In this document: positions 28,739 to 38,469 of the stretch, piece after piece | Position numbering within the stretch: the stretch's first letter is position 1 | Layout: every line of letters starts with the position of its first letter | Virus record (IMG/VR): IMGVR_UViG_3300026136_000008 | Source: a virus | Reading direction: 5' to 3' (one strand) | DNA: 64,000 bases | Translations under genes and position numbers: made by a program | The notes under the pieces: model-generated | The model's database searches: none | Told to the model about the DNA's origin: nothing | The model's input: only the letters and a program-made list of their open reading frames with translations

Positions 28739-29582
28739 AATCTATCTCTTTACATAATGTTGTAATCTCAGCAGCGGTGATCGGATATTTCTTACGTATT
28801 GCGTTACCCGCTATAGAGACCATGATTGCGTACATCTTTACGTACCAACCAGTGTCAGTAATTTGATTATACTCTTTTACTAACTTCTGATTAACAAATG
28901 GGCAATCTCTATAATTGCTCCAAGTGATATTTGTATTTGTCATTTCATTCTTACGATGAGCTAATAATTGTTTACGTATTTCTCGTGGTAGATTATCTAT
29001 TAAAGATCCTGTCTTCTCAACATAGTCGTGCTTAGACATAATCTCATATGGATTCATATCTTCACCACTGAAATTATTAAATATAAAATTGTATGCACCT
29101 TTATATTTTCCAGGTACATAATACATACGTGATAGATCTTTTGTTTGAGGATCACCAATATCACCTAATTCTTTGTTCAGAGCAAACCAAAAATGCTTGA
29201 TCTTTTCTTTTGGTACATGTATTGTTAATGGAAATACTATTCTAAACTTAGGATGCTCTTGAGTTGATGAAGCAGTAGAGTAAACGACATGATTCCATTT
29301 TCCATAACGATCTAATAATTCTTGCTCAAGATTACCATCGAATACATGTTCATCTACATCTACCGCGCACCAACCAGCCCAACCGATTACATTATTATTT
29401 GCACGAGTCGTATTCTCTTTGTATGTCGCAGGAGAAATAAGGGGAGCCGACTTTTTATCTTCACGCTTCTGCTGGGCTAGATCAAATAACAAACGCTCAA
29501 ATTGATGGTACTTATTAAAGTCCATACGCTTTTCAGTTTTGTTATCGAATATACTTTTAAATAGTGTAAGGGAATAATTCAT
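28656..29582 (-). CDS. Primase-polymerase (AEP-like) protein
   Basis: 'AVDVD', 'YSTASS....PKFRIVFPL', 'D.SRMYYVP'; helical C-terminal domain. Confidence 0.7.
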   Translation of the reverse strand: MNYSLTLFKSIFDNKTEKRMDFNKYHQFERLLFDLAQQKREDKKSAPLISPATYKENTTRANNNVIGWAGWCAVDVDEHVFDGNLEQELLDRYGKWNHVVYSTASSTQEHPKFRIVFPLTIHVPKEKIKHFWFALNKELGDIGDPQTKDLSRMYYVPGKYKGAYNFIFNNFSGEDMNPYEIMSKHDYVEKTGSLIDNLPREIRKQLLAHRKNEMTNTNITWSNYRDCPFVNQKLVKEYNQITDTGWYVKMYAIMVSIAGNAIRKKYPITAAEITTLCKEIDYENGNWYKTRPFDKEADRAIEFVYGNV

Positions 29583-29705
29583 ACTTTCTCAATATTACCT
29601 ACCTTCCATGCAGCATACATTTTACTAAACTTAGTATGCTCTTCCAAGGTAATCTTATCAATATCTTTACCTTTATATAAAACTAACCATGTACGGTAGT
29701 TTATT

Positions 29706-30296
29706 TTAGATTTTTGGATCTTCGGGGGTCCCATATAATCTTATATACTCCGAGTCTTTTTCCCAATTAATTTTTGCTTGTGTGCCATCCAATGGCCCTG
29801 GTCCTGGTGTATAATGTAAACCATCATTACCATTTTGACCAATAATATCCATACGCGATGGTTGTGGATGTTCTAAAGCATCTTCTCCTGACCATGCATC
29901 ACCAATAATACCATGATTATTTTCATGGCTTGGTGCTGTCCAACCTTCAGGCTTGATTAGATCTGGTAAGCCTAATGGATTTGGGCGTGATTCTTTTACA
30001 CCAACTTCTTTATTCATGTTGGCTTCATATACTTCATCCCAAGCTTTGTGTACATTTACACCTAATGCATCTAATGTACCAATAGCTACAACACATAAGT
30101 CAATAAGACCATCTACGATCTCTTCACTATCTTCAGTAATTAATGCTTCACGTGTTTCGTCATACTCTTCTTTAATAAAGTTTAAACGAAACTCTAAATA
30201 TTTTTTAAGTTGAAATGGTGTGGCATGTTTTATCCAATCGCGTACACCATATTTTGTTTGCATACGATTTATATCGTTTACCCAATCTGCTGACAT
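29706..30296 (-). CDS. MazG/PRA-PH-like dNTP pyrophosphatase with C-terminal extension
   Basis: 'EEYDE....EEIVDGLIDL', 'ANM.K', 'KPEGW'. Confidence 0.8.
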   Translation of the reverse strand: MSADWVNDINRMQTKYGVRDWIKHATPFQLKKYLEFRLNFIKEEYDETREALITEDSEEIVDGLIDLCVVAIGTLDALGVNVHKAWDEVYEANMNKEVGVKESRPNPLGLPDLIKPEGWTAPSHENNHGIIGDAWSGEDALEHPQPSRMDIIGQNGNDGLHYTPGPGPLDGTQAKINWEKDSEYIRLYGTPEDPKI

Positions 30297-30356
30297 AAGT
30301 CTCCTTTTATAACTGTTATTAATATTATACCATACTTTTGTTCAAAGTACATACTT

Positions 30357-32870
30357 TTATACGAAAAAATCTTCAAGTGATACTTGATGCTCACTGGTCC
30401 ATCCAATTGCTTCTAAAACAGGATCGATAGCACCCAAGAAAGTCTTCTCGAATTGTAGATTATAATCTATATATTTCTCAAGTTTAAATTGACGTGGGAG
30501 ATAATCTACAAATGCAATCACATTCTCTTTGATTGGATTTGGCTTGACAAGATATGTAAACTTGACCTTGTCACCACTAGTTATCTGCTGAATACTTCTA
30601 CCTAATTTTTGTGTAGTAATTAGATTGTTGTGTAGTATTGCACCACGAATATGAATAGGTGTGCCTTTCTTGTAAATGTTTTCCTTGTCAGTCCATTTCT
30701 TTAGATTGTTTACACCACGAGGAAAGCTCACCTCTTCAGCAGACGCTTGTTTAAATGCTGCTTTAAAGTTTGCTATGTCTGCCTGTACGGTTGCCTCATC
30801 TGTTTCCATGATCCTACGGAATATATCTTTTAATGCTTCACGACATATGGCCGGAGTAGATGATTTGATTGCCTCGATGCCCATAATCTTAAGCTTCGGT
30901 GTAGTATAACGAACACCTTCATTATCATGCACATTAAGGATATATCTCTTCTTTGCTGTCCATATACCACGATCAGCAATTACCTCACGTTCCATAACCA
31001 TTTTGTTTTCTATACCACCTAAGGTTTTAAACAAACGATCATAACATTCACTGAGTGCACCTTCTAATGCACCTGAACATACTTGGTCAAGGAAGTCTAC
31101 TGGTTTGGCTGGACCAAGACGTTTGACAAACTCGTTAAGACAAACATAGACAGAGTCTGTATCAATGGCAACTACATAATCTTTCTTGGTTTGTAGAGTT
31201 TTGTTAAGGTAATCATTCAAATTATTCTCTGCCCAACGAATAGTTGCTTGACCAGTAAGTGTAATACCTTCAGCGATTCGCATGTCAAAGTATCTAAACC
31301 ACTTATTACCCATTGCACCATACAAAGAGTTGAGTAGGATTTTTAATGCCATTTGTTGGTTCTTAGCAATAGCAATACGTTTTTCTAATGCATACATCTC
31401 TGATTTAACACCACACAATTCAAGCTCTTGCTCAGCTTTGAGTTGTGCTTGTTTAAATTTTTGACGATCGTTATAGATCTCTTGAATAATTGATGGAATA
31501 ATGCCAGGCTTGTCTGTTCTAAATCGAACACCGTTTACAGCTAATGCCGTGCCTGGTTTAGTATTTTTTATATGACCAGCTAAGACTGATTCTACATTTA
31601 CACCAGGCTCATCATCAAGTAAGATAGTCTCGGGAGACATATTGTATTGCATAATGATTGACGGATATAGAGAAGCCAAGTCAAATGAACATACCCAATC
31701 ATGCATACCAATATGTGGTTCTTTTACATAACCGCCAGGATATGCACCTTTAAATGATTCTTCGTTTTGTGGTACAGCTACACGTTTAGCATGCAAGTCA
31801 CGATAGATCAGTGAATCCCATATAGCCACCGTGCCGAGAACCTGTTCATAGTTCACACCACCTTTGTAAGCCATAGTAAGACATAGACTAATAAGACCAA
31901 GCTTGTCTTCCATACGATCGATTAGCTCTACGTCTTTGATGTTATAGTCAATAAATTTCTGATAGTTTGTATCATGTAATTCGTTAAGGTCAGATGCTTC
32001 ACCGAAGTCAAGCTTCTTCTCACCGAGAACTACATTTGCAATATGATCTAACTTGTATGATTCTTGTGGACCATATGAATAACCAAACTTCTTGAATATT
32101 GCCATGTAATCTAAGATGGCTACACCTTTGATTTCATATTTAACTGCGGTTTGATTATAACCTGTATGAGTCTCACGCTCATCAATCATACGCCAAGGAG
32201 ATAAGAACTTCTCACGACCATTGTCAAAGATACGTCTTATACGGTTAATGAGATATGGTATATCAAAGAATTCACAGTTCCAACCTGTAACGATATCAGG
32301 GGAAGTCTTAGACCAATGATATACAAATTTGTGTAATAGTTCTCTCTCGTCTGCACACTTGACATAGATCACGGAATGGGTTTGCATGATAGAATTATCT
32401 ACATCATACTCGCCACACCCAAATGTGTAGTAAGTATCATCGATGTTATTCTTCATTGTGATTGCTGTAATCTCTTGATCAGCTTCTTTAGGATCAGGGA
32501 AACCATCACCGAACTTTGTCTCAATATCGATTGAGGTAACATTGATTGTGTTACGATCCCATTTGATTACACCAGGGAATTCATCATTAAGATATTGTGA
32601 CACATAGTTGGTATTGCCATAGATTTTAAAGTTAGGTACGTCTGCATAAGACTTAATAAAGTCAGTAGCTTCACCCATAGAACCAAATACTATAGGTTCT
32701 ACTGGCGTACCATCTAAGGCATGCCAATCATGAGGATTGTTTTGTTTGCTTGTAACGAATAGAGTAGGGCGATACGGGACAGTGAAAGAAACTTTCTTGC
32801 CATCCTCGTAACCCAAATACTTGATGACCTTCCCGTGTCGGAAGGCTGACGTGTAAAAAGATTGATTCAT
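30357..32870 (-). CDS. gp43: Family B DNA polymerase gp43
   Basis: ExoI 'DIET', 'FDLASLYPS', 'K..LNSLYG', 'DTDS'; no intein. Confidence 0.98.
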   Translation of the reverse strand: MNQSFYTSAFRHGKVIKYLGYEDGKKVSFTVPYRPTLFVTSKQNNPHDWHALDGTPVEPIVFGSMGEATDFIKSYADVPNFKIYGNTNYVSQYLNDEFPGVIKWDRNTINVTSIDIETKFGDGFPDPKEADQEITAITMKNNIDDTYYTFGCGEYDVDNSIMQTHSVIYVKCADERELLHKFVYHWSKTSPDIVTGWNCEFFDIPYLINRIRRIFDNGREKFLSPWRMIDERETHTGYNQTAVKYEIKGVAILDYMAIFKKFGYSYGPQESYKLDHIANVVLGEKKLDFGEASDLNELHDTNYQKFIDYNIKDVELIDRMEDKLGLISLCLTMAYKGGVNYEQVLGTVAIWDSLIYRDLHAKRVAVPQNEESFKGAYPGGYVKEPHIGMHDWVCSFDLASLYPSIIMQYNMSPETILLDDEPGVNVESVLAGHIKNTKPGTALAVNGVRFRTDKPGIIPSIIQEIYNDRQKFKQAQLKAEQELELCGVKSEMYALEKRIAIAKNQQMALKILLNSLYGAMGNKWFRYFDMRIAEGITLTGQATIRWAENNLNDYLNKTLQTKKDYVVAIDTDSVYVCLNEFVKRLGPAKPVDFLDQVCSGALEGALSECYDRLFKTLGGIENKMVMEREVIADRGIWTAKKRYILNVHDNEGVRYTTPKLKIMGIEAIKSSTPAICREALKDIFRRIMETDEATVQADIANFKAAFKQASAEEVSFPRGVNNLKKWTDKENIYKKGTPIHIRGAILHNNLITTQKLGRSIQQITSGDKVKFTYLVKPNPIKENVIAFVDYLPRQFKLEKYIDYNLQFEKTFLGAIDPVLEAIGWTSEHQVSLEDFFV

Positions 32871-32923
32871 GGGTGTATTATAACACGAATCAAGCTAGAT
32901 GTACATACTTGTTTATTAATAAT

Positions 32924-33565
32924 TTACCAAACCCAACTTACAAAAGAATACCTTAAACCCTTTGTTACTTTACGAACTCGATGAGGGTATAAAAAGTTAC
33001 TAGGGAAAAACATAATCTCTCCTTTCTTAAAATAGTAATCTTTAGTACCCCAAAATCTTAATGCTCCACCTTCGAAGTCATCACCTAAATTGCCAACAAT
33101 AGAAACTGTTGGAATACCTTTACCACCTACAGCATTACCTACATGATCGCAGTGTTCCATCATGTCGTGTGTTTCCTCGTATTTCATAAATTTAGGATCA
33201 GTAAATCCTCTAAAATAATCATACCATTCTATATCTTCTAAATACTCATGAACATAATGCTCTAATCCAGCTTGCATTCTTTCACGCAGCGTGAGCAATA
33301 GATCTTGATTTTGCATATGACATAAACCATAATTACGATCTTGTTCAGGAATATCAGGATCACCTATGAACTGTTCCCAGTCAATACTTAATGTTGAACC
33401 AGCAATGCCATCTTGTTTTCGTGGTGCATCAGGATATGCATTAACTACATCTTTAGGGAATGGTAACCACGTATCTTCTTTATTTAACGTGGTTACTATT
33501 TCATCACAAAGGCTATCATTAATCCATATGTCCTTATGGACATAATGTTCAATGTTAAGATTCAT
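32924..33565 (-). CDS. 2OG-Fe(II) oxygenase (prolyl-hydroxylase-like)
   Basis: 'HCD', 'FEGG', 'FPSNFLYPHRV...G.RYS'. Confidence 0.85.
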   Translation of the reverse strand: MNLNIEHYVHKDIWINDSLCDEIVTTLNKEDTWLPFPKDVVNAYPDAPRKQDGIAGSTLSIDWEQFIGDPDIPEQDRNYGLCHMQNQDLLLTLRERMQAGLEHYVHEYLEDIEWYDYFRGFTDPKFMKYEETHDMMEHCDHVGNAVGGKGIPTVSIVGNLGDDFEGGALRFWGTKDYYFKKGEIMFFPSNFLYPHRVRKVTKGLRYSFVSWVW

Positions 33566-33566
33566 A

Positions 33567-33881
33567 TTAAAGCATTAATTCTGGTTGTGCTTGTATGATT
33601 TCGATTGTACCATCAATCATGTCTTTATATTTTTTCATTAAAGGTTCTTCAGGTTCAACAATAAACATAATGTGCTCTTCTTTAATAACGAGACCATCTG
33701 CTAATTCGCTATAACCTAAGTAAGGCATGAATCCGATTCTGCCAGTTGCGCCTGGCTCTGGAATTAAAAGTACTGGGTTAAATACCGTTGTTGTACTTTC
33801 ATTTTGATCTCCTATACCACATAATATTTCTTCGCCCGATGTTAATCGGATTAATCTATTAATCAATTTACTTTCACTCAT
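33567..33881 (-). CDS. Conserved T4-like hypothetical (Sm-like fold)
   Basis: 'LIRLTSGEEIL...GFMPY' family commonly between hsp20 and gp43. Confidence 0.7.
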   Translation of the reverse strand: MSESKLINRLIRLTSGEEILCGIGDQNESTTTVFNPVLLIPEPGATGRIGFMPYLGYSELADGLVIKEEHIMFIVEPEEPLMKKYKDMIDGTIEIIQAQPELML

Positions 33882-34267
33882 CTATGTTCCCTTGGTTGTT
33901 TATTAATATAGTCTGCAACTGCTGATTTAATAGCATCTTCTGCTAATACGCTACAGTGGATTTTTACTGGAGGCAGATTAAGCTCTTCAACAATTTCAGT
34001 ATTTTTAATTTCTTCTACTTGATGTATTGTTTTACCTTTCACCCATTCTGTTAATAATGAGCTTGAAGCAATTGCTGATCCGCAACCATATGTTTTAAAT
34101 TTTGCATCTGTGACAATACCTTCTTCTATACGTATTTGTAATTTCATAACATCGCCACAAGCAGGAGCACCTACCATACCAGTTCCCACATTTGGGTCTT
34201 TCATATCCATTTTACCCACATTGCGTGGATTATTGTAATGATCTAAAACTTTTTCTGAATATGCCAT
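33878..34267 (-). CDS. iscU: Fe-S cluster scaffold IscU
   Basis: 'MAYSEKVLDHY.NPRNVG', 'APACGD', 'YGCGSAIAS', 'LPPVKIHCS'. Confidence 0.96.
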   Translation of the reverse strand: MAYSEKVLDHYNNPRNVGKMDMKDPNVGTGMVGAPACGDVMKLQIRIEEGIVTDAKFKTYGCGSAIASSSLLTEWVKGKTIHQVEEIKNTEIVEELNLPPVKIHCSVLAEDAIKSAVADYINKQPREHR

Positions 34268-34281
34268 GTGCTCCTTAGTAT

Positions 34282-34740
34282 TTAGCCTAGTAACAACCTT
34301 TTGGCTGATTTCGGCAGGTCACCTAAATTGATAGTTTGAGGCTTGTCTTCTTCTGGAATATTGTTCTCCAAAATAACTACAAGCATTCCATCTACAATAT
34401 CGGCACCAACAACTTTTAGTGTGTCAGCCAAAGTAAATGAACGCTCAAACGCTCTTTGAGAAATACCGCGGTGAGCATACTCTCGTGTATCTGCAGCACC
34501 AGATTTCTTACCGCTAATTGTTAAAACACCTTTCTCAAGTGTTAAATCAATGTCTTCTTTCCTAAATCCTGCAACAGCGATTTCAATTAGAAAGTGACCA
34601 TCATCTCTTTTAATTACATTATACGGGGGATATCCTTGACCACGACCGGCCTCGAATGTAGTATTTTGTAATGTGTTAAAGAGTTGATCGAATCCCAAGA
34701 ATGTATCCCTTGGGAAGTTTGTAAATGCTAAGTTTGTCAT
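34282..34740 (-). CDS. Small heat-shock protein Hsp20 (IbpA-like)
   Basis: 'GFD', 'YPPYN', 'IAVAGF', 'HRGIS.R.F.R.F.L'. Confidence 0.93.
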   Translation of the reverse strand: MTNLAFTNFPRDTFLGFDQLFNTLQNTTFEAGRGQGYPPYNVIKRDDGHFLIEIAVAGFRKEDIDLTLEKGVLTISGKKSGAADTREYAHRGISQRAFERSFTLADTLKVVGADIVDGMLVVILENNIPEEDKPQTINLGDLPKSAKRLLLG

Positions 34741-34742
34741 AT

Positions 34743-34796
34743 TGACCTCCTATATATAGCAAGGTTAAAAAACGAATACCCTTTCGGCATATTCAT
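34743..34796 (-). promoter_or_regulatory. ROSE-like RNA thermometer in hsp20 5' UTR
   Basis: ACCUUGCU-AUAUAU-AGGAGGU: UUGCU pairs with the SD leaving a bulged G; upstream GAAA-loop hairpin. Confidence 0.65.
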
Positions 34797-34798
34797 AC

Positions 34799-35362
34799 TT
34801 ATTTATACACAAAAACCTTTAGGTCTTTATGTTTTTGTGAGCCTAAATTATGATTTTCTTTTACATCATATTTATGAACCCACTGGCGAATAGCTTTATT
34901 CTGATAGTATATATCATGTTTCATCTTAATGTCATCTCTATACCATTCATAACTAGGATAGGTTATATCCCATCCACCAGCTTTCTTCCACCATTCCATA
35001 CAATCATCACAATCACGTACACACGCAATGATCTGACTTTCTGGAAATACTTCCATTATCTCTTCAAGATAATATGCGAAGTGATGAGACATAAGCACCT
35101 TGACCTGATCTTCTGGTCCTGAGAAGCTATTATTAATCTCATCAATCCATTGTTCTTTTGTACCTAATTCTTTATCTAGCCATGTTCCGTTTAACATTCC
35201 AGGGCCATAATAATTTCCTTTGTGACCACTGAATTGCCCATGTTTGTATTCTTTCTCTGCCACATAATCGGTAATATCAGCATGATGATTAAATCTTACT
35301 TCTTGACCGACTCCACTCCACCGTGATCCAGGAGCTCCTGTTATAAAAATCCAATTCTTCAT
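34799..35362 (-). CDS. P-loop / sulfotransferase-like protein
   Basis: 'FITGAPGSRWS' N-terminal loop, 'SH', 'VRD'. Confidence 0.55.
   Translation of the reverse strand: MKNWIFITGAPGSRWSGVGQEVRFNHHADITDYVAEKEYKHGQFSGHKGNYYGPGMLNGTWLDKELGTKEQWIDEINNSFSGPEDQVKVLMSHHFAYYLEEIMEVFPESQIIACVRDCDDCMEWWKKAGGWDITYPSYEWYRDDIKMKHDIYYQNKAIRQWVHKYDVKENHNLGSQKHKDLKVFVYK
34800..34807 (-). promoter_or_regulatory. Late promoter TATAAATA for hsp20
   Basis: Exact consensus directly before the structured UTR. Confidence 0.7.
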
Positions 35363-36039
35363 ATCGAAATTACCTTAGGATTTGCAAGTAATTTATATGT
35401 TTTTTCTGTAGCTATTCCAGTGACCAGTAAATTAGATCTCGGGCTTAATCCAGCATTAGCTGTACAGTGAGGAACATTATACCAATCAAATGTATAAATC
35501 TCTCCTGCTTTATAACCTGTATGCATATAGTTTCCAAACTGTATAAAGTGTCCTGGTTCCCAATCGTTTAACATAATAAAAAATCTAAATACACTATCCG
35601 GATCTTTTGGAGCATATTTATTTAATTTATCTATATGCAAAGACCAGACTTGACCTTGTGTTTGTGTATGTACTCTAGATTGTATTGGACGTTCACCATC
35701 AACTAAATAAAGAGCATCAGCCATTTTCTGGAATACAGGAAGAAGATCATAATTCATATTTCCTATTGGATGATTAGGATCTCCACCAGCTCTTTTAATA
35801 TCATATTCTTCTGATTCAAATTCTTGTTCAGAACGGTTTGAATTTGGATTACGAGTTCGCCATGTAACTTCTGTGCTACTTTCTATTGTTTCTTGTAACT
35901 CTTTACTCCAATCACCATTAAACCTGCCCACATACCGTATGGTATCATGAGCAGGATTATTATCGAATGGGTCAAAATGATACTCTGACCTTTCTTTTAA
36001 ATTGTCAAGATTACTTAACAAGACCTTCTTTATATACAC
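35359..36039 (-). CDS. Cupin / 2OG-Fe(II) dioxygenase-like protein
   Basis: 'HID' ... 'PHCTANAG..PR'. Confidence 0.65.
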   Translation of the reverse strand: MYIKKVLLSNLDNLKERSEYHFDPFDNNPAHDTIRYVGRFNGDWSKELQETIESSTEVTWRTRNPNSNRSEQEFESEEYDIKRAGGDPNHPIGNMNYDLLPVFQKMADALYLVDGERPIQSRVHTQTQGQVWSLHIDKLNKYAPKDPDSVFRFFIMLNDWEPGHFIQFGNYMHTGYKAGEIYTFDWYNVPHCTANAGLSPRSNLLVTGIATEKTYKLLANPKVISI

Positions 36040-37048
36040 TTGCTATACCTAAAGCTTCTGTATTAAACCATACAAGATTCTGTAAAGCTTCGGCAGTAAT
36101 AAATGTCATAAGTGTATCACGATGGTTATTACCAGCTTCTCCGATAAGCCAGTCATATTGACCAACTTTCTTTTGAATAGCTGCAACAGCATCAGGATCT
36201 TGACTCATTTTAGTTAATGCATTTTGTAATTCGAATGCATTTGGATTACCTTTGTTTACCCATAATGCTTTTTGCATACCATCACGAAATGACTTCACAA
36301 GCTTATAGGCATCATAGAATTCTCCAGAAGGTGCCACACCCCATCTCTCTTCAAATAAGATTTCGAATTGAAATCCTGGGTAGTTAGGATCATCGGCATG
36401 ACTTCCGTCTGCTTGAAGTATACCATGATGAAACCACATTTCAGCGTTCTCATCTCCAGCCACGTGTTTCTTATATGCCGCTGGATTCTCTCTTGTACCA
36501 GTTAACTCTCCACGTTTAAACGCAAGTCTGCGTTCTCCGCCAGACATACCGCTTACCCACGTTACATGCTCTTCAAAGCAGGCAGCATATTCTTGCATAG
36601 TCTTGTCTGGACCACATATTAACTGTGTAAATGCCCAAGCTTCTGGTGTTTGACCAGATCCCGAAGCAAATTTAGGGAAATCCATATCAGCACCAATACG
36701 TTTACCGGCAATAATATTTAGATTCATAAGCCCAATTGATTCGTAATCACCATAGTTATAGTCTACATTCTCTTGTAAAAATGATACACCATTACCACCG
36801 TGTGAAACCATAACAACTTTGTCATCGTCTCTCATTTCATTGTGCCATTTGTTAAATCCAGGAATGTCTCTTGCTCCTGGGTGATGTAGTATAACTATCT
36901 TCTCTCCTAAGAAAGGTTCAAGTTGATCAGCAACGATTTGTGTCCATACACTCGTTCCACCGCCAGGTTTCTGTGGCACAACAAATGTGTAGTCGGCAAT
37001 TGCTGTTGTAGTTAATGCCGCTAGGCATAGTGCTAATAATTTCTTCAT
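36011..37048 (-). CDS. tctC: TctC/Bug-like periplasmic substrate-binding protein
   Basis: Signal peptide; 'VVPQKPGGGTS', 'HPGA'; adjacent to tctA. Confidence 0.75.
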   Translation of the reverse strand: MKKLLALCLAALTTTAIADYTFVVPQKPGGGTSVWTQIVADQLEPFLGEKIVILHHPGARDIPGFNKWHNEMRDDDKVVMVSHGGNGVSFLQENVDYNYGDYESIGLMNLNIIAGKRIGADMDFPKFASGSGQTPEAWAFTQLICGPDKTMQEYAACFEEHVTWVSGMSGGERRLAFKRGELTGTRENPAAYKKHVAGDENAEMWFHHGILQADGSHADDPNYPGFQFEILFEERWGVAPSGEFYDAYKLVKSFRDGMQKALWVNKGNPNAFELQNALTKMSQDPDAVAAIQKKVGQYDWLIGEAGNNHRDTLMTFITAEALQNLVWFNTEALGIASVYKEGLVK

Positions 37049-38466
37049 GAATACTCCAATTTATTCTTCTTCAATGATAAACAAAATAATAATACAATAC
37101 ATATTATTAAACCTAAAAATATTGGCCTCGTCATCAAAGTTTCCCAAGTGTATAGAGAACTCATTTGAAGAGTCAACGTTTCGACCTTGTAGCTCAAAAT
37201 GAACGCCATTAACATGGCAGGTCTACTATACTTATACGCTTTTCCAAAGACACCCAGAAAAGAACATATAAGCAAGATTACATAATCTTCCCACCCGCCA
37301 GTGTATTGAGTACAAGCCCATACAATAAAACCTACGAGTAACGGAAAATAATACTTATACGGTACATAAGATATCCTGCAAAGATACTTATTTAAAGCTA
37401 TGCATATAAATGCAACTAATACCGTACCCCACATAAATCCATATGTAAGGCTATCAAAAAATCTTAAATCATAGGCTAAATCAACTGTGCCTAATTCAAA
37501 TCCTAAATACATAAACAAAGCTATGAGTACTGCTGCGAATGAAGCACCAGGAATTCCGAATAAAACTGTTGGAATCATACTTGTTGCTTTTTGAGCATTG
37601 TTAGATCCTTCTGGTCCAATCACTCCACGTATATTTCCTTTACCAAACTCTTCGTTAGGATGTGTAGCTAATGTTGAACCGTATGCCATCCAATCAGCAA
37701 CACCGCCACCAATGCCTGGCAAGAATCCTACAAATGCACCTATTGCTCCACCTCTTAATGCATCCCATTTATATTTCCATGTTGCTTTAATTCCATCCCA
37801 TGTTTGTCCTGATGTGTCGTGTGGTTGTGTTGTAGCTTTACCCTGTTTTAGTCCATCTAATATTTCAGGTATAGCAAATAGACCAGCAACCATCGGCATA
37901 ATCTGAATACCATCTGCTAAGTAATCCCAACCAAATGTCCAACGATCGGCATTTGTAACTGGATCTACTCCTATCATACCTAAAAATAAACCGAGTATTA
38001 TTGCAATTATACTTCTTACCCAAAATCTATTACTAACAAATCCTACACAAGCAAGAGCTAACATAGTAAATGCCCATAGTTCAGGTACCCCAAAGATCAT
38101 CATAAGTTTCATATACCAAGGGAGTAAAGCAAACGTAAGTGTTCCCCATAAGAGACCATTAACAGTACTTGTTGTGATTGCTGCAGTTAAAGCATATGTT
38201 GCTTTGCCTTGTTTAGCTAATGGATAACCATCTACCATTGTAGCAGCGGATGAGTTTGCACCAGGAATTCCTAATAAAACTCCAGTGTATGTATCGCCTG
38301 TAGTAGATGCTGCGACTGCTGCCATACAAAAGACAACACCAAGATAAGGATCTGAGAATAAATGCATGAAGCCAAATAGAATGACAAGACCTGTCGTAGC
38401 TCCAGCAGCGGGTATAATTCCAATAATGAGACCAAAAATGGTCCCTAATAACAAATGTGTAATCAT
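37045..38466 (-). CDS. tctA: Tripartite tricarboxylate transporter permease TctA
   Basis: 'LLGIPG..S.A.T..DGYP.A.QG', 'GFLPGIG', 'PEGSNNA', 'FGIPG'; about 12 TM segments. Confidence 0.9.
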   Translation of the reverse strand: MITHLLLGTIFGLIIGIIPAAGATTGLVILFGFMHLFSDPYLGVVFCMAAVAASTTGDTYTGVLLGIPGANSSAATMVDGYPLAKQGKATYALTAAITTSTVNGLLWGTLTFALLPWYMKLMMIFGVPELWAFTMLALACVGFVSNRFWVRSIIAIILGLFLGMIGVDPVTNADRWTFGWDYLADGIQIMPMVAGLFAIPEILDGLKQGKATTQPHDTSGQTWDGIKATWKYKWDALRGGAIGAFVGFLPGIGGGVADWMAYGSTLATHPNEEFGKGNIRGVIGPEGSNNAQKATSMIPTVLFGIPGASFAAVLIALFMYLGFELGTVDLAYDLRFFDSLTYGFMWGTVLVAFICIALNKYLCRISYVPYKYYFPLLVGFIVWACTQYTGGWEDYVILLICSFLGVFGKAYKYSRPAMLMAFILSYKVETLTLQMSSLYTWETLMTRPIFLGLIICIVLLFCLSLKKNKLEYS

Positions 38467-38469
38467 AAT

